A DNA stretch of 58,456 nucleotides from Clostridia bacterium (GTDB taxonomy: Bacteria > Bacillota > Clostridia > Oscillospirales > SIG627): NCBI GenBank assembly GCA_017414535.1, contig JAFQMA010000015.1, forward strand, positions 1 to 58,456. The letters are read 5' to 3'. Positions within the stretch are counted from its first letter, which is position 1, and every line of letters begins with the position of its first letter. A program made the position numbers and the translations under genes. Below are positions 45,109 through 52,214 of the stretch, piece after piece. The notes under the pieces are model-generated. The model saw only the letters and a list, made by a program, of their open reading frames with translations, was not told the origin of the DNA and did not search any database.

Positions 45109-46188
45109 ATGAAACGCACCAAACGCACTCTGTCCCTGCTTCTTGCGGCACTGATGCTGATGAGCGCCTGCCTTGTGGGCTGCTCCTCCGTATCCGAAAA
45201 GCCCGCCGTGGAATTTCGGGATATCACCGTGACCCGTGCCGTCTTCGAGTATCTTTGCTGTCTGAAAAAGACGGAATACCTCTACGAGGCCTACGGCATC
45301 ACCACCTCTCAGGTATCCACCTCCCAGCTACAGGACAACGCCATGATCTGGGAAACGGTGGATGCAAACGGTACCACCATGGCCGACACGTTGAAGATGG
45401 ACGTTATCGAGGAGCTGCAGAATCTGATGTTCCTTGCCAATTACGCCCAGAGCCGCGGCTATACCTTAAGCCAGGAGCAGGTGGACATGATCAAAAAGGA
45501 GTTTAATTCCTCCATCCGCCAGTACGGTGACAAGAAGGTGTTCAACCAGCAGATGAAGGCCTACGGCGTGGATTACGACCAGCTCATCGAGTATCAGAAG
45601 CTGCGCACCCTGGCCTATCAGGGCAACGAGCTGCTCTTCGGCGAGGAGGGCACCAGCCGCGTCTCCGACGAGGCGGCCAAGGCTCATTTTAATAAGAGCT
45701 ATTACACCATGACCGTGCTGTTCATCAACACCAAGAACAAGACCTACCCCAACGGCAAGACCGTGGTCCTGCCCGAGGCGGAAAGGAAGGAAAAGATCGA
45801 GCTGTGCGATAAGGTAGAGACCGCGCTGAAGAACGGAGAGGATTTCGTTTCCCTTGCCGTCAAGCACTCCGATCTGGACGCCACCGAGGAACAGGCCAAG
45901 GAGGGCGTGACCCTTATGAAGGGCAGCTACAGCGTATCCGCCGTGGAGGAGAAGGTGCAGACCCTGACAGAAGGCGAATGGGCCCGCGTGGACGTGGATA
46001 CGGGCAGCTATTTCGTCAAGCGCCTGCCTCTCAACGGTGAATACTTCACCCAGCAGCAGGAGGGCATCCGCGACGAGCTGGAGGCCATCAAAAAGGTCGC
46101 CCTGGTGGGCGAGGTCATGGAAGAATTCGTCATGGCCGAGGAATTTATCGCCGAGATCTCGGTGAAGGACATTCCCTTCGTGGTGTAA
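45109..46188 (+). CDS. PrsA/SurA-like foldase lipoprotein
   Basis: Lipobox LVGCSS. SurA-N-like region followed by a degenerate parvulin-like segment. Typical position after mfd. Confidence 0.6.
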   Translation: MKRTKRTLSLLLAALMLMSACLVGCSSVSEKPAVEFRDITVTRAVFEYLCCLKKTEYLYEAYGITTSQVSTSQLQDNAMIWETVDANGTTMADTLKMDVIEELQNLMFLANYAQSRGYTLSQEQVDMIKKEFNSSIRQYGDKKVFNQQMKAYGVDYDQLIEYQKLRTLAYQGNELLFGEEGTSRVSDEAAKAHFNKSYYTMTVLFINTKNKTYPNGKTVVLPEAERKEKIELCDKVETALKNGEDFVSLAVKHSDLDATEEQAKEGVTLMKGSYSVSAVEEKVQTLTEGEWARVDVDTGSYFVKRLPLNGEYFTQQQEGIRDELEAIKKVALVGEVMEEFVMAEEFIAEISVKDIPFVV

Positions 46189-46190
46189 TT

Positions 46191-46676
46191 ATGTTCAGTT
46201 TTCTTTGGAAAAGCTTTTGGGGGCAGGTGCTCCTGACCCTTTTGGTTTCCATGGTGCCCGTCATTGAGCTGCGCGGTGCCATTCCCATTGCCGTGGGACA
46301 CGGGCTCATGCCCGCCGTGGCCATTCCCGTGGCCATTTTGGGAAATCTTATTCCCGTGCCCTTTATCATCATCTTCATCCGCAAGATCTTCGCCTGGATG
46401 CGCCGCATGTTCCCCCGTCTCAATTCCATGATCGACCGCTTGGAGGAAAAGGGCAAAAGCAAAAAGGCCGCCATCGATAAAAGTGCCTTCTGGGGTCTGT
46501 TTCTTTTCGTGGCCATTCCCCTGCCCGGCACGGGCGCATGGACGGGCGCTCTCATCGCCGCCATGCTGGATATGCGCTTAAAACGCGCCTTCCCCGCCAT
46601 TGCCCTGGGCGTTCTGACGGCAGGCCTCATCGTGGCCTTCGTTTCCTACGGCGTGGCCGCTCTGTTTACCATTTAG
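46191..46676 (+). CDS. Small membrane protein (putative small multidrug export family)
   Basis: Four or five hydrophobic helices. VPVIELRGAIPIAVG motif. Confidence 0.6.
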   Translation: MFSFLWKSFWGQVLLTLLVSMVPVIELRGAIPIAVGHGLMPAVAIPVAILGNLIPVPFIIIFIRKIFAWMRRMFPRLNSMIDRLEEKGKSKKAAIDKSAFWGLFLFVAIPLPGTGAWTGALIAAMLDMRLKRAFPAIALGVLTAGLIVAFVSYGVAALFTI

Positions 46677-46692
46677 TTCTATGTTTTTTCTT

Positions 46693-46806
46693 GGGAGGGG
46701 CTTTTTCGACAAAAAGCCCCTCCCAAACCCTCCCCAAAAACTTTTGGTTTTCTTTTAATATGATAAAAAAAGAGGCCTTTCTGCAAAACTGCGGAAAGGC
46801 TTCCTT
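46693..46806 (+). repeat. Composite terminator repeat, copy D
   Basis: GGGAGGGGCTTTTTCGACAAAAAGCCCCTCCC hairpin, CCCTCCCCAAAAACTTTT box, TTTTAATATGATAAAAAAAGAGGCCTTTCTGC-AAAA-CTGCGGAAAGGCTTCC hairpin. Confidence 0.75.
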
Positions 46807-46837
46807 ATTTCTCATTAGGCCGTAGGCCGCCATCATT

Positions 46838-46862
46838 AAAAAAGGAGCTGGGCTCCTTTTTT
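46838..46862. terminator. Bidirectional terminator-like hairpin
   Basis: AAAAAA, GGAGC-TGG-GCTCC hairpin, TTTTTT. Confidence 0.6.
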
Positions 46863-46869
46863 GCAAGGA

Positions 46870-47215
46870 CCGGCGTCCCCGACGGTCCGCCTGCGGGGCA
46901 TGGTGAAACAAACTCACACTCACCCATGTGCCTGCGTCGCACCCCAACCTTTCGTTCGGGTCTGTTTGTAGGGGAATTTATCATAATCATTCGGGCGGGC
47001 GTTGCCTTCCCGGTCGGGGGAAGGAGGAGGCGTTAGCAGCAAGTCTGCACCCTGTCCCCTCCTGTAAAAAAACGAATTAAATCTACACGGTAGGGCGGGG
47101 GCTTGCTCCCGCCGCAACGTAACAAATTTTGCTTTCCTATCCTCCTATCCCGCTCCGTAACCGTACGTACCGTTGTAGGGGCAAGCTTCGTTCGCCCGAA
47201 TAGAAGAATGTTAGA
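46870..47215. other. GC-rich, hairpin-dense non-coding spacer (REP-like cluster or unknown ncRNA)
   Basis: No credible ORF. Hairpins: GGACCG..CGGTCC, CATGGTGA..TCACCCATG, CCTTCCC-GGTCG-GGGAAGG, GGGCGGG..CCCGCC. Three GTAGGG(G/C) motifs. Long-range complement ATTCGGGCG (46989) / CGCCCGAAT (47193). Confidence 0.4.
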
Positions 47216-47220
47216 AACTA

Positions 47221-47374
47221 TTGACATTCACAAAGAAAACGGCTATCATAGAGACAAGGAAGCTTTTTCGGTATGGGTATGAGTTCATCCATCTGCCGAA
47301 CAAACGTCTTTTTTGGATGAATGCCCGTAGCGGATCGCTGCGGGCTTTTTCTTTTTTAGAAAGGAGGACACGGT
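47221..47374 (+). promoter_or_regulatory. Promoter plus terminator-containing leader of lipoprotein paralog II
   Basis: TTGACA (47221-26), 17-nt spacer, TATCAT (47244-49). Hairpin TTCATCCA..TGGATGAA (47284-47321). Terminator GCCCGTAGCG-GAT-CGCTGCGGGC plus TTTTTCTTTTTT (47323-57), immediately before the AAAGGAGGA RBS. Confidence 0.7.
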
Positions 47375-48355
47375 ATGAAACGAATTTTGACCATATTTTT
47401 AGTGGGGATTTTGCTGCTGCCCTCCCTTTTTGCCTGTGGAACAGAGCCGCAGGCTACCGCCACCGTCCCTGAAACCACCTCCGCCGCGCCCGAAGTCCCC
47501 GCCATCGAGATCGGAGAGAGCGGAACCTTGTTGGAGGGCTTTTCCCTTGGCATAACGGAGCATGCATGGTCACAAGAGAACGCCTATTTTAAACTGGCGT
47601 TTTCCTTTCCCCCGCAAGAGATCGCCGCGACCGAGAACTACCGTTTTCGCATTTTGCGCCAAACGGACCATGCATGGGAGCTCTTTCACGATTATGATAA
47701 GCAAGAACGCGGCGTTGTTCGGATGACTCACCGTTTCGATCCCAATACACAGACGTACGGCGCGTACTGGGGTTTAACCGATCTTTTCCACCGTTTTGAA
47801 AGCGGAACGTACCGTTTTTCTGTCACGTGCAAGGTTACACTTGCAGCAGACGGCTCTACCACGGCGGCGGAGGCGTGGACAGAGTTTCAAGTTCTTGCTC
47901 CGGCGCACGCGAATGCAGGAGGCGAACGGGAAAACGTATCCTTTACCGAGCAGTACTTCTCCGCCACGGAGATAGGCCCTTATGAGTCGCCCCGTATCAC
48001 GGTCCTTCGTTCTGTGTCCGAGCTGGACGTCTTTTTGGAAAAAAATGAAACAGCGCGCGAATACACCGCCCATTGCGACGAAGCCTATTTCAAGGAACGG
48101 ATGCTGATCGTCTTAAGTCTTTATCAAGATAGCCAAGGAAACAAATGCGCCGTAGATTTTGTGAACACAGATGAAACCGGAAGGCTTTACGTAGGAGTCC
48201 ACTGCATTTCCAAAAGCGGAATCCCCGAAGGGGAAAACAAGATCGTGCTCATTGAGCCGTCCTTTAAAACCGAAAGGAACGAGGACGTGACCCTTTACTA
48301 CAACGGCTTTAAAGTCGAGAATGCACCCGCCCAAAAAGCCGTAACCGAATCATAG
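47375..48355 (+). CDS. Lipoprotein, unknown function (paralog II)
   Basis: MKRILTIFLVGILLLPSLFAC lipobox. Shares its N-terminal module with 32255..33259. Confidence 0.75.
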   Translation: MKRILTIFLVGILLLPSLFACGTEPQATATVPETTSAAPEVPAIEIGESGTLLEGFSLGITEHAWSQENAYFKLAFSFPPQEIAATENYRFRILRQTDHAWELFHDYDKQERGVVRMTHRFDPNTQTYGAYWGLTDLFHRFESGTYRFSVTCKVTLAADGSTTAAEAWTEFQVLAPAHANAGGERENVSFTEQYFSATEIGPYESPRITVLRSVSELDVFLEKNETAREYTAHCDEAYFKERMLIVLSLYQDSQGNKCAVDFVNTDETGRLYVGVHCISKSGIPEGENKIVLIEPSFKTERNEDVTLYYNGFKVENAPAQKAVTES

Positions 48356-48496
48356 GGAGCATACAAAAACCTTTGCAAAGAAGGAAACAATTCTCCGGAA
48401 CACGCGTTCCGATGAACGGATTGCAAGGGCTCGCCCCGCGCACCTACTACGCTTTGGCTTGGTGGTAACCTCTTCCGAAACAATCCCCCTTCACAC

Positions 48497-48525
48497 AAAA
48501 AAGGAGCCTTTCGGCTCCTTTTTTC
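48497..48525. terminator. Bidirectional intrinsic terminator
   Basis: A-run, AAGGAGCC-TTTC-GGCTCCTT hairpin, T-run, between convergent genes. Confidence 0.85.
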
Positions 48526-49779
48526 TTACTTATTGTAGATTCTTCTGATATCCGTAAAGCCGTCCTCCATGAGGCGGTCGATCTGGAATTTGGCGTTCTT
48601 CTTCAAGGGCAGAACCGTGACACACTTGCCCTCGGCACGGAGCGCCGCGGCAGTAGCAAAGACCTCCTCCAGCTTCTCCTCAGAGGCACCGCCCTCCACC
48701 AGCATGGCCACACCGCCGTCGGCAAAAAGCTCGTCCTTGCCGTGCTCCTTGAGGATGGTGATAATGCGCTCAAAGCCAATGGAAAAGCCGCAGGCGGGGG
48801 TATTCTGTCCCGCGAACTTGCCGATCATTTCGTCGTATCTGCCGCCGCCGGCAATGGAGAAGTTGTATTCATCCAGCTTTACCTCAAAGATGGTGCCGGT
48901 GTAATAGCCCATACCGCGCACCAGCGTGGGATCGAACACGATACGTGCCGTCTCGCCGAGGCTCTTGGCGGTGCAGAAGAGAATGGTATCAAGGCCCTGA
49001 GCCACCCCTGCGGGGAGATGCTCCTCCAGCCCCGTGCAAAATTCGGCAACGGTAGCGGGAATGGGCTTATCGAACACGGCGGTATAGCGCTCCACAGCCT
49101 CCGCGGAAAGACCCATCTCGCAAAGCTCGGATCTGACGCCCTCCACACCGATCTTATCCAGCTTATCCAGAATGATAAAGACCTCCTCCAGGGACTCCTC
49201 GGGAAGCCCCGCACAGAGAGCCATGGCTCGGAGGATGCGGCGGTCGTTCACGTGAACGGTAAAGGAGGAAAGGTCGGTCTTACTGAAAATGGTCTCCAGC
49301 ATGCCCGCCGTGGCACCGATCAGCTCGATCTCCGCCAGAACGCTTCCGTCACCGAGGATGTCGATATCGCACTGGGTAAACTGGCGGAATCTTCCCTTCT
49401 GAGGCTGATCGGCACGCCATACGTTACCGATCTGCAACGCCTTAAAGGGCGCGGGAAGCACGGCGGAATTGGCCGCGTAAAAGCGGGAGAGCGGCAGGGT
49501 CAGATCGTAGCGCATGCCGCTGTCGGCCAGCTCGTCCCCCTTCTCCAGTGCACGGCTCAGCGCGGCACCGCGCTTGAGCACCTTGAAGATCAGCTTTTCG
49601 TTTTCGCCGCCCTGCTTGCCCGTCAGGTTCTCGATATGCTCCATGCAGGGAGTCTCGATCTCGCGGAAGCCGAAGGAAGCGTACTTCTCGCGGATCATGG
49701 CAAGCACCTTCTGGCGCAGTGCCATCTCACGTGGCAGAAAATCGTTCATTCCCTTTACGGGTGTCTTAACAAATCCCAT
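48526..49779 (-). CDS. hisS: Histidine--tRNA ligase
   Basis: GGAGGA RBS before MGFVKTPVKGMNDF. Motif 2 WRADQPQKGRFRQFTQCDIDILG. Motif 3 GGGRYD. C-terminal anticodon-binding domain. Confidence 0.9.
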   Translation of the reverse strand: MGFVKTPVKGMNDFLPREMALRQKVLAMIREKYASFGFREIETPCMEHIENLTGKQGGENEKLIFKVLKRGAALSRALEKGDELADSGMRYDLTLPLSRFYAANSAVLPAPFKALQIGNVWRADQPQKGRFRQFTQCDIDILGDGSVLAEIELIGATAGMLETIFSKTDLSSFTVHVNDRRILRAMALCAGLPEESLEEVFIILDKLDKIGVEGVRSELCEMGLSAEAVERYTAVFDKPIPATVAEFCTGLEEHLPAGVAQGLDTILFCTAKSLGETARIVFDPTLVRGMGYYTGTIFEVKLDEYNFSIAGGGRYDEMIGKFAGQNTPACGFSIGFERIITILKEHGKDELFADGGVAMLVEGGASEEKLEEVFATAAALRAEGKCVTVLPLKKNAKFQIDRLMEDGFTDIRRIYNK

Positions 49780-49811
49780 TCTGTCCTCCAAAAAATATAA
49801 ATTCTGTAAAA

Positions 49812-50768
49812 TCAAATACCGAAGATCTTGATCATGCTAAGAATCAAGGAGAAGGTCACCGGCAGAGTGATCAAGCTCATCACAAACGAAACGAAGGCGA
49901 CCTTTGCATTGTCCGAGGAATCAAAGCCGCACGCCTCGGGATAGACCACGCAGTTCAAGCCCACGGGCAAGCACGTGGTTACCGCGCAGAAAAAGAAGTT
50001 TTCGCCCCGCAGGCCGATCAGCCAAAACAGCGGCACCAGCAAGGCAGGAATGATCAAAAGCCGCAACAGACCGATAAAATACGGCCTTAAACTGCTGACC
50101 AATTCCTTCAGGCCGAAGGCGCCCAGCACCAGACCCGCCAGGATCATGGCGGCGGGGCTCATGCACGAGCCGGCCGTTTGCAGGGCATTGCCCAGAAAAT
50201 CGGGAAAGGTAACGCCCAAAAGACCGAATACACAGCCCAGCACGGACGAAAGATTGACCAGAGAAAACATGGACTTTTTCACGTTAAAGCTTCCCTTATC
50301 CGAAAAAAGCCCGTAGCCGTAGAAATTGCCCACGAAGCCGATGGGAATGCTGAAAATGATAAAGCGAGCCAGCATCTCATCACCGAATACGCCCTGAATA
50401 ACGGGGTAGCCGAAAAAGCCGTTGTTGGTGAAGGAGAGCATGTAGTAAAGGCTCTTTTTTTCAAAATCATTCCGTCCCAAAAGCTTTCCCAAGATGCGTC
50501 CAATCACGATGACCGTACCGCACCAAAGGCAGGACACCCCCAAAAGGCGGAGATTTGAGCCCAGCATTTCCAAGGTGAAGGTCTTGGTAACGTAATTGAG
50601 GGTATAGGCCGGTACAAAAACCAACGTGGCCAGCACCGAAACCATGGAAGAAGCATTCTCGGGAAGCCTTTTATAATGGCGAAGCACCCAGCCCGTCGCC
50701 ACGAACAGCAACAGCATGAAGACGTTTTTCAGCGTAAGAAGCGCGATCTGTCCGTCAAAAAGTGCCAT
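49812..50768 (-). CDS. AEC-family (auxin efflux carrier/malate permease-like) transporter
   Basis: About 10 TM helices, 318 aa. Collinear with the upstream paralog. Confidence 0.75.
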   Translation of the reverse strand: MALFDGQIALLTLKNVFMLLLFVATGWVLRHYKRLPENASSMVSVLATLVFVPAYTLNYVTKTFTLEMLGSNLRLLGVSCLWCGTVIVIGRILGKLLGRNDFEKKSLYYMLSFTNNGFFGYPVIQGVFGDEMLARFIIFSIPIGFVGNFYGYGLFSDKGSFNVKKSMFSLVNLSSVLGCVFGLLGVTFPDFLGNALQTAGSCMSPAAMILAGLVLGAFGLKELVSSLRPYFIGLLRLLIIPALLVPLFWLIGLRGENFFFCAVTTCLPVGLNCVVYPEACGFDSSDNAKVAFVSFVMSLITLPVTFSLILSMIKIFGI

Positions 50769-50777
50769 ATTACCTCC

Positions 50778-51743
50778 TTAAAGCACCGTCAAAACGCGAA
50801 TAACGGAAAAGGTCAAAGGCAAAAAAAGCAAGCTCATCAAAAAGGAAACAAAGGCTGTCTTTGCATTGGCCGAGGCATCAAAGCCATTGGCCTCGGGATA
50901 GACCACGCTGTTCAGTCCCACCGGCAGGCAAGAGGCCAACGAGCAGAAGAAAAAGGCTTCGCCGCGCAAGCCCACAAGGTAAAGCAACGGAACGGTGACC
51001 AAGGGAAGGCCAAACAGACGCACCGCGCTTACCAAATAGGCCTTGCCGTGGCAGACCAGCTCCTTCAACGGGAAGGCACCAAGCACCAGACCCGTCAGGA
51101 TCATGGCGCAGGGACTCATGCAGTCCCCCGTCACGGCGATCGCCTTTGAGGCAAAGGCGGGCAAATGAGCCGTCAGCCCCGTCAGCCCCAGCACCATACC
51201 GATCATGGAGCCCACGTTCACGGGAGCCAGCACCGCCCTTTTTACGCTGAAGGCGCTTTTTGTGGCAAAGAGGCCGCAGGCATAGAAATTGCCGATAAAA
51301 GCCACGGGAATACAAAAGATGATGAATCGTCCCAACAGCTCGTCACCGAATACGCCCTGTACCACGGGGTAGCCGAAAAAGCCCGTATTGGAAAAAGCAA
51401 AAATATAGTAAAGACTCTTTCTTTCAAAATCCGTCCTGCCCAGAAGCCGTCCCAAAAGCCGTCCCAAAAGAATGATGGCCGCACAAAACACGCAGGAAAC
51501 GCCCAGAATCAACAGATTTTGTCCCAGCATATCCACCGTGAAGGTATGGGCCACGTGATTTAAGTTATAGGCAGGCAAAAAGAGCGAGGCAACCAGTGCC
51601 GATACCGTGTGGGACGCATCGCCCGAAAGCATCCCGCTGCGGCGCAAAAAATAGCCGAGGAAAATAACTGCCAGCAGCACGGCTACGCTATTCAGTGTGG
51701 TAAAAGCCACCTGCAGATCAAACAGCTTTGCCAAAACGTCCAT
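50778..51743 (-). CDS. AEC-family transporter (tandem paralog)
   Basis: About 10 TM helices, 321 aa. GAAAGGAAG RBS. Confidence 0.75.
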   Translation of the reverse strand: MDVLAKLFDLQVAFTTLNSVAVLLAVIFLGYFLRRSGMLSGDASHTVSALVASLFLPAYNLNHVAHTFTVDMLGQNLLILGVSCVFCAAIILLGRLLGRLLGRTDFERKSLYYIFAFSNTGFFGYPVVQGVFGDELLGRFIIFCIPVAFIGNFYACGLFATKSAFSVKRAVLAPVNVGSMIGMVLGLTGLTAHLPAFASKAIAVTGDCMSPCAMILTGLVLGAFPLKELVCHGKAYLVSAVRLFGLPLVTVPLLYLVGLRGEAFFFCSLASCLPVGLNSVVYPEANGFDASANAKTAFVSFLMSLLFLPLTFSVIRVLTVL

Positions 51744-51788
51744 CGCAGCTTCCTTTCTTTTTTGCCTTGCGTTAAATAAATTCTCTTT

Positions 51789-51816
51789 ATTATATCATAA
51801 AAACCACGCTTGTAAA
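51789..51816 (-). promoter_or_regulatory. Promoter of the AEC-AEC-hisS unit
   Basis: On the minus strand: TTTACA, 16-nt spacer, TGATATAAT (extended -10). Confidence 0.55.
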
Positions 51817-51898
51817 GCCGTGACGGGGCAATTTCCCCATTTTCCCCACGCTTTTCTCCCTTTTCCCCGCGGAAAACGGGATTTTTTTCGGGATTTTA

Positions 51899-51927
51899 TT
51901 GACTTTGCCGTGATAAAATGCTAAAAT
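51899..51927 (+). promoter_or_regulatory. Sigma-A-type promoter of the Tyr T-box operon
   Basis: TTGACT, 17-nt spacer, TAAAAT. Confidence 0.65.
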
Positions 51928-51944
51928 AGATCATCTTTTTTTAA

Positions 51945-52182
51945 AAGCCGTGATGAGACCAAGTACCCGTTGGTTCCTCCTTTCAGAGAGCTGTCGGCCG
52001 CTGCGAGACAGCAAGGAGCCCCGTGGGGAATACAGCTCGGAGCTGCCCCGAGGAAATGCGGGGTCGGGATCGCCCGTTACAGCGCAGGGATTTTTCCCGC
52101 TGAGGCGGCCGCAGGGCCGTAAATCAGAGGTGGTACCACGAGATCATCGTCCTCTGCCGTAAGGCAGGGGACTTTTCTTTTT
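51945..52182 (+). promoter_or_regulatory. T-box riboswitch, tyrosine (UAC) specifier
   Basis: GUGAUGAG K-turn (51950-57). AGUA (51962-65). AGAGAG bulge (51985-90). Specifier loop GAA-UAC-A (52028-34). F-box CCGUUA (52074-79). T-box AAAUCAGAGGUGGUACCACGAG (52121-42). Terminator 52151-82. Confidence 0.85.
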
Positions 52183-52214
52183 CCCGCCGCCATTATGTTT
52201 TAAAGGAGTCCGTC

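Noticed and set aside
46666-47227. Small ORFs (61-93 aa, both strands) in the long intergenic region
   Set aside because: They have no RBS, their Arg/Pro/Gly-rich translations overlap one another, and they span terminator hairpins. The region is better explained as structured non-coding DNA.
48461-48470. T-box-like GGTGGTAACC string downstream of lipoprotein II
   Set aside because: There are no stem I, AG bulge or F-box elements, no terminator/antiterminator pair, and no downstream gene in that orientation.
48742-49800. 352-aa plus-strand ORF
   Set aside because: Antisense to hisS.
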